Of a DNA stretch of 24,000 bases, positions 6,992 through 14,813 are shown one piece after another. The DNA is from Nostoc sp. (GTDB taxonomy: Bacteria; Cyanobacteriota; Cyanobacteriia; Cyanobacteriales; Nostocaceae). The position numbers were made by a program, and so were the translations under genes. How positions within the stretch are numbered: position 1 is the stretch's first letter; each line of letters opens with the position of its first letter. The stretch lies in the NCBI RefSeq assembly GCF_036917755.1, contig NZ_JBALFC010000090.1, positions 46,205-70,204 on the forward strand. The letters are read 5' to 3'. The notes under the pieces were generated by a model. It did not search any database. It had not been told where the DNA came from and worked only from the letters and a program-made list of their open reading frames with translations.

Positions 6992-9775
6992 TTAATGATT
7001 AATAGGTAATGTGAAATAAAATGTACTACCTTCCCCTAAAATACTTTCTGCCCAAATCTGCCCTCCGTGCTGTTGTATAATGCTGCGACAGATTGCTAAT
7101 CCCAAGCCAGTTCCCCCTTGATGACGCGAGTTAGAGGCATCGACTTGCTGAAAACGGTCAAAAATCTTTTCTAATTTATCCTCAGGAATTCCTCGCCCCT
7201 GGTCTTTTAGCTGGAATAGGATGTTGGAGTGGCAAGGGTCAGAGGAAGAACTAATCCCTTTTGTGACTTCTGTATTTATTTCTTTCCTAGTCTCTACTTG
7301 GGCGCTCAACCAAACTGTAAAACCTGGAGATGAAAATTTAATCGCGTTGCTGAGTAAGTTCGTGAGTGTCTGGATGATCCGGTCTGAATCTGCCCATAGC
7401 TGCACTGAAAGGGGCGTTAATTCTAGCTTAATCTCTGCTCTTTCGGCCATTGCCCGCATTTCGTCCACTGCTTGACTCATCAAGTCAGCTGCATTGCAGG
7501 TCTGTTTATACATCGTTGCTTTGCCGGAATTGATGCGTTCAATATCAAGGATGTCGTTAATCAGACGCACCAAACGGTTCGTGTTATCAAAGGCAATTTC
7601 CAGCATCCTCTGGCTTTTTTTTGGTTGATCATTTAAGGAACCACGCGCTAGTAAACCTAAAGCGCTGCGAATTGAGGTGAGAGGTGTCCGTAGTTCGTGA
7701 CTTACCACTGAGACAAACTCATCCTTCATTCGCTCGACTATCTGTCGCTCGGTAATATCTTTAAATATGACTACTGCTCCGACAATATCGCCTTGTTCTC
7801 TAATAGGTGTGCTTACATACTCGACTGGAAATTTCGACCCATCACAACGATAAAATATGTCATCAGAAATATGTTGTACTGCCCCAGTTTCCAGAGTGGC
7901 GCGAATCGGATTTTCTTCCCAGCAATAGGGAGCGCCGTCGGGCTGGGAATGTTTTACAATTCCGTGCATAAAGTGATTTTTTAGTTCTTTCACCCCAGAT
8001 AAAAGCATTCTGGCTGCTGCTGGATTGACAAAGGTGATGTTACCTTGGGAATTTAAACCGTAAATTCCCTCACCTGCGGAGTTCAAAATTAACTCGCTCT
8101 GTCGGCTGAGGCGTTCTAGAGAGGCTTGTGTTTGCTGGCGATCGCGTAGTGCCTGTTCGCGTTCGCTCATTTCCCGCAGCAATCTTTCATTAGCACGCTG
8201 TAACTCCGCCGTTCGCTCCTGTACTCGCTCCTCTAGTTCGGCATTCAAGGCAGAGATTTTTTTCTCTGCCTGCTTGCGTTCTTCAATATCTCTCTGTAAG
8301 TCAGCATTGAGTACGTGAACTTTCTGATACAGTTCATATTGATGAATTGCCATCGCAAAGTGACTGCCCAAAGCTTGGGCGAGTTCAATTTCTGCGGTTT
8401 TCCATTCTTGGGCTTGACTCCGCTTTAACTCTCGCCATGCTTCAAAGGATTGAACCGGGCGTTGATGTCGCGCATTATTGCGGTCAGGTCGTCGCGCCCA
8501 CAGAGTTTCTGTGTCTATTTCATGGCGAAAAATACTCAAGTAACCCAATATCTGCTGCCGATATTGCAAGCAAATAACCAATAAGCTGCGAATCCCAGCA
8601 TCAAAAAACGCCTGTGCCAAGTCTGACTGTAGTGCAGCCCGATGTAAATCAGTAATTGCCCACACTAGTTTTCCCTTCCCAACAGTCGCCTCCATGTTTA
8701 ACCACTCTTGCCAACCGGGATGTTCCTCGAAGAGGATGGGGGCATTGGGAATTGGGCATTGGGCATTGGGAATTGGGCATTGGGCATTGGGCATTGGGCA
8801 TGGGGCATTGGGCATTGGGCATGGGGCATTGGGCATTGGGCATGGGGCATTGGGCATTGTTATTCTTTGCTCCTCATCTCCCTCATCTCCCTCATCTCCC
8901 CCTGCTCCCCTCCTCCCCCATTCCCTCACTCCCCCACTCCCCCACTCCCCCACTCCCCCACCCCCTCGCTGCCCCATTCCCCAATCCCCACAGCTAAACA
9001 CCTGAGCCGCCTCACCTGGGTTTTGGGGAGCAATATAAATTCTGCCGCCAGCAGACTGTAAAGCAGATACAGTCAACTCCAGCGCTTGTTGTAACTGCAT
9101 TTCGGTCATGGAATGCAGTAGCTTGGCCACGCGGTTAATTGTGGCTTCTTGGTCAGCTTGGGCGCGGGTTTGTTCGAGGAGGGTATTTTGAGCGATCGCA
9201 ATTGATAATTGATCTGCAACCAGTTGCACTACCTGTAATTCCCGCTCGCTCACCTGTCGGGGTGAACTGTGATGAGATACCAACAACCCCCATAATTGGT
9301 TACGATGCAAAATTGGCACAACTAGAGAAGACTGCACTCCCATTGAGGTGAGGTATTCTACATGACATGGGTCTACGAGTCGAAACCGCATATTATTTTC
9401 ATCAAGTGGCTCGGTCGTTTCTAGACTATCTAAGGGACTCAGCCCAATTTGCTGGGCTGCAACATCCACAATTGAGCGCTGACGAGCTTTCAGAAACAAC
9501 TTCCGAGCTTCAAGTGGAATATCCTCAGCCGGAAAGTGTTGTCCTAATAGAGATGGTAAGCGATCGCAGTTAACCGACTCAGCCACAACCTCACCGCTAG
9601 CATCTGGATCAAAACGATACACTTTAACGCGGTCAGTCCCCAAGAATGTACGTACTTCAGCAACCGTTCCTGAGAGGATTGCTGGCAACTCTAGGGATTG
9701 ACGAATGCGGTTCATCATCCGATGTAACAGCGCTTCCAAGGAGTCGATCGGCTTTTGTTTTTTGTCTTTTGTCAT
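6992..9775 (-). CDS. rfpA: Knotless phytochrome sensor histidine kinase (927 aa)
   Basis: The N-terminal GAF domain has the bilin Cys-His (VDPCHVEYL, Cys137) with no PAS domain ahead of it. A second GAF/PHY-like domain carries the tongue-like motif [12 protein letters not shown] coiled coil and a PAS domain ([12 protein letters not shown]) follow. The kinase has the H-box [10 protein letters not shown] and the HATPase boxes [15 protein letters not shown] and [14 protein letters not shown] lies about 10 nt upstream of the ATG at 9775. Confidence 0.9.
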   Translation of the reverse strand: MTKDKKQKPIDSLEALLHRMMNRIRQSLELPAILSGTVAEVRTFLGTDRVKVYRFDPDASGEVVAESVNCDRLPSLLGQHFPAEDIPLEARKLFLKARQRSIVDVAAQQIGLSPLDSLETTEPLDENNMRFRLVDPCHVEYLTSMGVQSSLVVPILHRNQLWGLLVSHHSSPRQVSERELQVVQLVADQLSIAIAQNTLLEQTRAQADQEATINRVAKLLHSMTEMQLQQALELTVSALQSAGGRIYIAPQNPGEAAQVFSCGDWGMGQRGGGGVGEWGSGGVREWGRRGAGGDEGDEGDEEQRITMPNAPCPMPNAPCPMPNAPCPMPNAQCPIPNAQCPIPNAPILFEEHPGWQEWLNMEATVGKGKLVWAITDLHRAALQSDLAQAFFDAGIRSLLVICLQYRQQILGYLSIFRHEIDTETLWARRPDRNNARHQRPVQSFEAWRELKRSQAQEWKTAEIELAQALGSHFAMAIHQYELYQKVHVLNADLQRDIEERKQAEKKISALNAELEERVQERTAELQRANERLLREMSEREQALRDRQQTQASLERLSRQSELILNSAGEGIYGLNSQGNITFVNPAAARMLLSGVKELKNHFMHGIVKHSQPDGAPYCWEENPIRATLETGAVQHISDDIFYRCDGSKFPVEYVSTPIREQGDIVGAVVIFKDITERQIVERMKDEFVSVVSHELRTPLTSIRSALGLLARGSLNDQPKKSQRMLEIAFDNTNRLVRLINDILDIERINSGKATMYKQTCNAADLMSQAVDEMRAMAERAEIKLELTPLSVQLWADSDRIIQTLTNLLSNAIKFSSPGFTVWLSAQVETRKEINTEVTKGISSSSDPCHSNILFQLKDQGRGIPEDKLEKIFDRFQQVDASNSRHQGGTGLGLAICRSIIQQHGGQIWAESILGEGSTFYFTLPINH
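8740..8962. repeat. Composite short tandem repeat block inside the rfpA coding sequence
   Basis: On the plus strand there are 17 tandem heptamers GGGCATT/GGGAATT/GGGCATG (8740..8858), then a CCTCATCTC 9-mer x3 (8872..8898), then an ACTCCCCC 8-mer x4 (about 8929..8960). On the rfpA strand this is translated as ...[73 protein letters not shown].... Confidence 0.95.
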
Positions 9776-9830
9776 TTGTCAGTTGTCCTCAGATAGCGGC
9801 AAACCGAGAAAGTCACGTCGCTTTGCTCCG

Positions 9831-9858
9831 AATTCAAAATTCAAAATTCAAAATTCAA
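9831..9858. repeat. STRR heptamer array AATTCAA x4
   Basis: Exact tandem units lie in the rfpA upstream spacer. Confidence 0.9.
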
Positions 9859-9880
9859 ATTAACAATCCCCATAAATAAA

Positions 9881-10066
9881 TGATATGTTGGCAAATTGAT
9901 AGCGGGTCTAACCCATCAGCCTTAATCCATCTTAATTTCTTTAATTTCAGTGCGTTTCAACGCACTTTAGCTATTAGCCCGCAATTTATTGTCGGGCGGG
10001 AAAGCAACGCAAAACCAAGATTTTAGGTATGAGGTTTAACCCCTCGTAAATTGACCAACATGATCA
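9881..10066. mobile_element. Possible MITE-like element of about 186 bp with imperfect terminal inverted repeats
   Basis: TGATATGTTGGCAAATT (9881..9897) resembles the reverse complement of AATTGACCAACATGATCA (10049..10066), with about 15 of 18 positions matching and two indels. The interior hairpin AGTGCGTT..AACGCACT followed by TTAGCTATTAG resembles the unit at 11807..11835. Confidence 0.3.
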
Positions 10067-10099
10067 TAAATTTAGGGGCTTGTAATTATGAATTAAAAT

Positions 10100-10381
10100 T
10101 ACAGCAGATTTCAAGGAAAGTGAAGTACACAACGATTCGTCTCAAAGCCAGGTATAAAGCCTGTTTTACTTCTGAATTCTGACTCCTGAGAGGATGTTTT
10201 AAAAGTCCTCTTGTCGGTAGCAAAACGTTCTAGATCCCCCTAAATCCCCCGATAAATTGGGGGACTTTGATTCTGGTTCCCCCCTTTTTAAGGGGGGCTA
10301 GGGGGGATCATTAAGCGCCTAAAATCACCGCCAAACACTTTTAAAACATCCTCTGACTCCTGAATTCTGAATTCTGCTGTA
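10100..10381. mobile_element. Copy A of a roughly 106-bp MITE (TA-flanked, TACAGCAGA... ends), interrupted by a second element
   Basis: It shares blocks of 16, 12 and 33 identical nt with copy B at 16585..16690. The ends TACAGCAGATTTCAAG and CTGAATTCTGCTGTA are inverted repeats. TA flanks both copies on both sides. The right end abuts the stop codon of the rfpB-like gene. Confidence 0.7.
10189..10354. mobile_element. Inner MITE of about 166 bp nested in copy A
   Basis: The 18-bp perfect terminal inverted repeats are AGAGGATGTTTTAAAAGT (10189..10206) and ACTTTTAAAACATCCTCT (10337..10354). It is flanked by an 8-bp direct repeat GACTCCTG (10181..10188 and 10355..10362). The interior holds the palindromes GATCCCCCTA...TAGGGGGGATC. 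Confidence 0.7.
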
Positions 10382-11485
10382 TCAATTATTTTCATCGTCT
10401 ACAACATAATGACAAAGTACTTTATCCAATTCTCTAAATGCAGGCTGCTCTAGTTCTCCAGAAAGAAGTTCTACTAAATGGCGAAGACGCAATGCCTCAT
10501 TTTGGTCAAGAGTAATTTGGGATAGCAATATTTGCTCTATGTGTTTAGCCAGACGTGAACCTTCCGCAAAGCCAAAAATCCCCAAAGCTCCCCCTAACTT
10601 ATGTGCTGCATGATATGCTTTTTGCCGTAATTCTTCAGAGAGATTGTTAGCTTGTAATTCGAGTGAGGCTTGTTGTAGAATTTCTAAGCGATCGCTACTG
10701 TGTACTTTCAACTTCTCCCACACAACTGCTAATGCTTCCCTAATCTGTGGCTTCCTCTTGCTTTGGCTTTTTTTTATTTGTCTTGAGGCTACAGAAGGTT
10801 TTTCTTCATCTGCAAATACTTTCAGACGATAACCCAAACCATAGACTGTTTCAATAAAATCAGTTGGTGCGCCAGCTTGCGTTAGTTTTTGCCGCAAACC
10901 CTTGATGTGAGATGTCACCGTATCTTCTTTAGGTGCTTCTTCTACAGACCAGAGGTGGTCTAAAATTTCACTGCGGCTGAAGACAATATGCTCGTTACGA
11001 AGAAAAAGCTCCAGTAAACGATACTCTTTAGGCGTTAAATTCAAACTATGAGAACCATAAGTCACTTCACAGCTACCAGGGTCAATACGCAGTTTTTCCC
11101 ATTTCATCACTGACAAAATGGGTGAATTTCGTCGCCGCAATAAAACGCGAATTCGAGCTAATAATTCCGATAGTTCAAAAGGTTTAACAACATAATCATC
11201 TGCTCCGGCATCTAATCCCATCACTTTGTGAGTGCTAGAATTTTGGCCTGTCAGTAGCATTATAGGTGTTTGATAATTATGGGAACGTAACCTCTGACAA
11301 AATTTTATGCCGTCCAATTTGGGCAGAATGACATCTAGCAAAATTAAGTCATAGCTAAAAGCTTCTACTAGCTCCCAACCAAGCAGACCATCAGCAGCAA
11401 TATCAACTACATAGTGTTGATTACCAAGGACACTTTCAAGTGTTTTGGTGATACACTCGTCATCTTCAACTAGTAAAATTCTCAT
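10382..11485 (-). CDS. rfpB: OmpR/PhoB-family response regulator with a C-terminal HPt domain, in the rfpB position (367 aa)
   Basis: The REC domain has LLVEDDE, ILLDVILPKLDG, MLLTG and VVKPF. The winged helix has LTPKEYRLLELFLRN and GLGYRL. The C-terminal domain is HPt-like (AYHAAHKLGGALGIFGF...AKHIEQ). It lies directly upstream of rfpA. The symbol is assigned by position only; the domain architecture differs from the published description (see findings). Confidence 0.7.
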   Translation of the reverse strand: MRILLVEDDECITKTLESVLGNQHYVVDIAADGLLGWELVEAFSYDLILLDVILPKLDGIKFCQRLRSHNYQTPIMLLTGQNSSTHKVMGLDAGADDYVVKPFELSELLARIRVLLRRRNSPILSVMKWEKLRIDPGSCEVTYGSHSLNLTPKEYRLLELFLRNEHIVFSRSEILDHLWSVEEAPKEDTVTSHIKGLRQKLTQAGAPTDFIETVYGLGYRLKVFADEEKPSVASRQIKKSQSKRKPQIREALAVVWEKLKVHSSDRLEILQQASLELQANNLSEELRQKAYHAAHKLGGALGIFGFAEGSRLAKHIEQILLSQITLDQNEALRLRHLVELLSGELEQPAFRELDKVLCHYVVDDENN

Positions 11486-11772
11486 TCAATATCACCCTAC
11501 TGTACCTAAACACTAGGACTTCATCTACTACTAGCACAGCACGGCGCAAATAGAGCAATCATTGAAAATCAATGAAACCCTTAAGGTATATGAATTACGA
11601 ATTACGTTAGTGAGTCTTGTCTACGACATGCTGTTCGCGTTCAAGCGTCATTACGAATTACGAATTCGGCCTTGCAGTACTAGCATCTGTGGTGAACAAG
11701 TTTATTTGAAAATCATTAGACCTCTTATAAAAGTCGAAAAACCGCCCGAAAGTTTATTTTCGGTAATAGCTC

Positions 11773-11855
11773 AAGTCGGTTTCAACCGACTTATGACAGT
11801 AGTTTTAGTCCGTTGAAACGGACTTTTGCTATTAGGCAGTGACTTAAGTCACTGG
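11773..11855. repeat. Three consecutive short hairpin units (dispersed-repeat family)
   Basis: AAGTCGGTT-TC-AACCGACTT spans 11773..11791. AGTCCGTT-GA-AACGGACT spans 11807..11824. CAGTGACTTAAGTCACTG spans 11838..11855. The second unit plus TTTGCTATTAGG resembles 9949..9978. Confidence 0.6.
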
Positions 11856-12097
11856 CGGTTCTGGCAGTTCAAGTATTTTTGCAATAGGTTTATTATTGAC
11901 TGTTCTCTGATCCAAAACTTATACAGCTTCAAGCAAATTTACATTTCTTTACTTATTTTGATAATTTAAACGTGACTTATATATTCATTTTTTAATGCCT
12001 CTATCTATTTCTAGAGCCGTCATTGAAGAGGCCAGGGCTAGGTCTTTCCCCTCTGACCTTTCTGATGAATATTGTTAACTTATGTGAAGATATCAAC

Positions 12098-12130
12098 TTC
12101 CTTCATTGGTTCTTCATGTTTTTTTATTAT
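12098..12130 (+). promoter_or_regulatory. Candidate FaRLiP box plus -10-like TATTAT upstream of chlF
   Basis: The sequence is TTCCTTCATTGGTTCTTCATGTTTTTTTATTAT. The TTCAT units at 12102 and 12113 are spaced 11 bp apart. TTCATT is followed 17 nt later by TATTAT. The site lies about 135 nt upstream of the chlF start. Confidence 0.45.
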
Positions 12131-12266
12131 CTTCCTTGACATCGACCTTGAAGTAGTTTTTGTCTCAGAGGCTTTGGTTTGAGTGCAAAAGATTATTCTG
12201 TTGTCTCCGGTTTTAGAAACTGTGGCGATAGAGAATTTCTATTTAATTATGCAAGGATCTATTAAG

Positions 12267-13478
12267 ATGGCGCCAAAGTCAGACAGCATAATTGCAACTT
12301 CGACTGTTAGCGTAAATGAGGTAGTGAGAGCGGCGGCTACCGCCGACGTTAACTGTCATGAGGCGCGGGTTACGCCTGCAAATCACAATCTTCAAACAAT
12401 AGCAACAAACATCTTAGAAAGACGCGAGAAGATTAGTTTATGGGAAAAGTTTTGTTCATGGGTGACGAGTACTGAAAATCGGCTATATATTGGCTGGTTT
12501 GGCATACTGATGATTCCTACTATTTTAACGGCAGCCACCGTTTTCATCATTGCCTTTATTGCCGCTCCGCCCGTAGATATGGGCGGAATGGGTTCACCAA
12601 TTTCCGGTTCTTTATTCGACGGCAATAATATCATTTCAGCCGCCGTAGTACCCACATCAGCTGCAATTGGTTTGCACTTTTACCCAATTTGGGAAGCTGC
12701 TTCTTTTGATGAGTGGCTTTACAGTGGCGGTCCTTATCAGATGATTGTGCTGCACTTTTTGATTAGCATCATCTGTTACCAAGATCGGGAATGGGAATTG
12801 AGCTATCGCTTAGGGATGCGTCCCTGGATTTCTCTCGCGTTCACTGCTCCCGTTGCTGCTGCCATCTCTGTATTCTTAATTTACCCAATTGGGCAAGGGA
12901 GTTTTTCTGCGGGAATGCCTTTAGGGATTTCCGGTACTTTTAACTTCATGTTGCAGTTTCAAGCAGATCACAATATTCTGATGAGTCCGTTACATCAGTT
13001 AGGGGTGATTGGGGTATTAGGTGGTGCAATGCTGAGTGCGATGCATGGTTCTTTAGTGACATCGACCTTGATTCGTACCAAAGAAAGCGACTCAGAATCG
13101 ATTAATACCGGATACAAACTCGGTCAAAAACATCCAACCTACAACTTTGGGTCTGCTCAATTCTATCTGAGGCGGTTGGTATGGCGGCGTGCAAGTTTTC
13201 CTAACTCTCGCAAATTGCATTTTTTCCTAGCGGCTTTTCCAGTAGCAGGAATTTGGTCTGCGGCCTTAGGGGTTGATGTCGCTGCATTTAACTTTGAAAA
13301 ACTCACATTTGATCAGCCAGAAATCAAAAGCCAAGGCCGAGTTATTAACACTTGGGCAGACACAATTGATTGGGCTGATTTGGGGATAAAAGTGGCAGGC
13401 GAAAGCGATCGCCGAGTTTATAACTTCTCTGAAGATTTAGCTACAGGGGAAGCCATCCCGTTGAGTTTTGAATTTTAA
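12267..13478 (+). CDS. chlF: Chlorophyll f synthase, super-rogue D1 paralog (PsbA4)
   Basis: It has a D1-family fold ([32 protein letters not shown]). Water-oxidation ligands are lost: D170 to A (GSFSAGMP), E189 to D (QFQADHN) and H332 to G (KVAGES). The D1 Met127-Gly128 position reads QD ([10 protein letters not shown]). The start is uncertain: ATG 12267 has AAGGA 9 nt upstream, and ATG 12249 or GTG 12183 are alternatives. Confidence 0.9.
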   Translation: MAPKSDSIIATSTVSVNEVVRAAATADVNCHEARVTPANHNLQTIATNILERREKISLWEKFCSWVTSTENRLYIGWFGILMIPTILTAATVFIIAFIAAPPVDMGGMGSPISGSLFDGNNIISAAVVPTSAAIGLHFYPIWEAASFDEWLYSGGPYQMIVLHFLISIICYQDREWELSYRLGMRPWISLAFTAPVAAAISVFLIYPIGQGSFSAGMPLGISGTFNFMLQFQADHNILMSPLHQLGVIGVLGGAMLSAMHGSLVTSTLIRTKESDSESINTGYKLGQKHPTYNFGSAQFYLRRLVWRRASFPNSRKLHFFLAAFPVAGIWSAALGVDVAAFNFEKLTFDQPEIKSQGRVINTWADTIDWADLGIKVAGESDRRVYNFSEDLATGEAIPLSFEF

Positions 13479-13484
13479 ATTACT

Positions 13485-13628
13485 TGGGAACGTGCATTTC
13501 ATAGCATTTTAGATTCCTCGTTCCCAGTGTCAGACTGTGAACGCATTCAGAGAGTTTCTACCTTCGGCGATCGCCAGTATGAGGCAGTAGCCCACCTGTA
13601 GGCATTCCCAGCCTGAGATTGGGAACGA
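13485..13628. repeat. Cluster of TTCCCAG/TGGGAA hairpin units filling the chlF-psbA3 spacer
   Basis: TGGGAACG...CGTTCCCA spans 13485..13526. TTCCCAGTGTCAGACTGTGAA follows from about 13521. GCATTCCCAGCCTGAGATTGGGAACGAG spans 13601..13628. A HIP1 site lies in between. Confidence 0.65.
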
Positions 13629-13660
13629 GAAACAAGAAGTTTTTGAATTTGGAATTATTT

Positions 13661-14752
13661 ATGACTACGATTTTGCAACGAGAGAGGCGCCGTTTCCCAA
13701 CCTGGGAAAGGTTCTGTAATTGGGTTACTAGCACTGAAAATCGGCTATATATCGGCTGGTTTGGTGTCTTAATGATTCCCCTCTTGGGAGTTTCCTTCTG
13801 CGTCTTCACCATCGCCTTCATCGCCGCGCCGCCAGTTGACATTGACGGTATCCGCGAACCGGTAGCTGGTTCACTACTCTACGGTAACAACATCATTACC
13901 GGCGCCGTAGTTCCCATGTCCAACGCTATAGGCTTACATTTTTATCCCATCTGGGAAGCCTCTTCTATGGACGAATGGCTATACAACGGTGGCCCCTACC
14001 AGATGATTGCATTTCATTACATACCTGCCCTTAGTTGTTACATGGGGCGTGAATGGGAATTATCTTACCGTCTTGGTATGCGTCCTTGGATTTGCGTAGC
14101 CTACAGCGCACCGTTGGCAGCTACAACCTCCGTATTCTTGATTTATCCCATTGGACAAGGCAGTTTTTCTGATGGTCTGCCTATGGGTATCAGTGGTACT
14201 TTCAATTTCATGTTTGTGTTTCAAGCCGAACACAATATCTTGATGCATCCCTTCCATATGTTGGGAGTGGCTGGAGTACTTGGAGGTTCACTATTCTGTG
14301 CCATGCACGGTTCACTGGTAACATCTAGCTTGATACGTGAAACCACCGAATTAGAATCCCAGAACCTTGGTTATAAATTCGGTCAAGAAGGAGAGACTTA
14401 CAACATTGTTGCGGCGCACGGCTACTTTGGTCGTTTGATTTTCCAGTACGCCAGCTTTAACAATAGCCGATCGCTCCATTTCTTCCTTGCAGCTTGGCCC
14501 GTAGTTTGCATTTGGGCTGTAGCTCTAGGTATCAGCACAATGGGATTTAACCTGAACGGATTTAACTTCAATAACTCAATTCTCGACTCTGAAGGTCATG
14601 TACTTCCATCTTGGGCTGATGTTTTGAATCGGGCAAACTTGGGCTTTGAAGTAATGCACGAGCGCAATGCTCATAACTTCCCATTGGATCTTGCTAGTGG
14701 CGAAGCATATTCTGTGCCAGTTGCACTTCAAGCGCCTGCAATTGCTGGTTAG
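13661..14752 (+). CDS. psbA3: Photosystem II D1, far-red paralog (363 aa)
   Basis: The start is trimmed to [21 protein letters not shown]. All Mn4CaO5 ligand positions are retained: D170 (GSFSDGLP), E189 (FQAEHN), H332-E333 ([10 protein letters not shown]) and D342-L-A344 followed by a C-terminal extension. The divergent helix [14 protein letters not shown] differs from FHFLLG of standard D1. Confidence 0.9.
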   Translation: MTTILQRERRRFPTWERFCNWVTSTENRLYIGWFGVLMIPLLGVSFCVFTIAFIAAPPVDIDGIREPVAGSLLYGNNIITGAVVPMSNAIGLHFYPIWEASSMDEWLYNGGPYQMIAFHYIPALSCYMGREWELSYRLGMRPWICVAYSAPLAATTSVFLIYPIGQGSFSDGLPMGISGTFNFMFVFQAEHNILMHPFHMLGVAGVLGGSLFCAMHGSLVTSSLIRETTELESQNLGYKFGQEGETYNIVAAHGYFGRLIFQYASFNNSRSLHFFLAAWPVVCIWAVALGISTMGFNLNGFNFNNSILDSEGHVLPSWADVLNRANLGFEVMHERNAHNFPLDLASGEAYSVPVALQAPAIAG

Positions 14753-14813
14753 GCAATTGTTCAGTGGAAAAACAGCTGACTACTAACTACTAACAAATAA
14801 CCAAGAGTAAACA

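Noticed and set aside
8740-8858. Possible CRISPR array, here and at the other tandem-repeat blocks
   Set aside because: The units are 7-9 nt with no unique spacers between them. CRISPR repeats are 24-48 nt and are separated by spacers of similar length. These are STRR-type microsatellites.
8649-9061. Four overlapping track ORFs on both strands (64 to 117 aa) with MPNAQCP or GHWALGI repeats
   Set aside because: They are artefacts of heptamer arrays, which lack stop codons in most frames. The region is covered by the rfpA reading frame, which continues into well-conserved domains on both sides.
10370-10420. The idea that the MITE at 10100..10381 truncated the regulator gene and supplied its stop codon
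   Set aside because: Both copies of the element are flanked by TA, so the insertion boundary lies after the TGA (10384..10382). The stop codon belongs to the pre-insertion sequence. Loss of a second receiver domain is still possible, but this insertion alone cannot explain it.
11562-11816. 84-aa ORF in the divergent control region
   Set aside because: It has a non-ATG start (TTG), consists of ACGAATT heptamer arrays and hairpin repeat units, has no ribosome-binding site, and has no recognisable protein features.
12137-12142. TTGACA upstream of chlF as the -35 element
   Set aside because: No acceptable -10 hexamer lies 16-18 nt downstream. The TTCATT-N17-TATTAT arrangement within the box is a better fit.
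12183-12266. GTG 12183 as the chlF start
   Set aside because: No Shine-Dalgarno is present. The ATG at 12267 has AAGGA at suitable spacing. The choice remains uncertain and is flagged in the chlF finding.
13619-13660. The upstream extension of the psbA3 track ORF, and likewise 19629..19661 for psbD3
   Set aside because: The canonical D1 (MTTILQ) and D2 (MTIAL) N-termini begin at internal ATGs. The extensions run through repeat sequence.
12392-13842. Antisense ORFs 12392..12655 and 13558..13842 with a similar motif ([13 protein letters not shown] and [13 protein letters not shown])
   Set aside because: Both are the reverse-strand reading of the conserved D1 segment FIAAPPVD in chlF and psbA3. 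Their similarity reflects the paralogy of the sense genes, not an antisense gene family.
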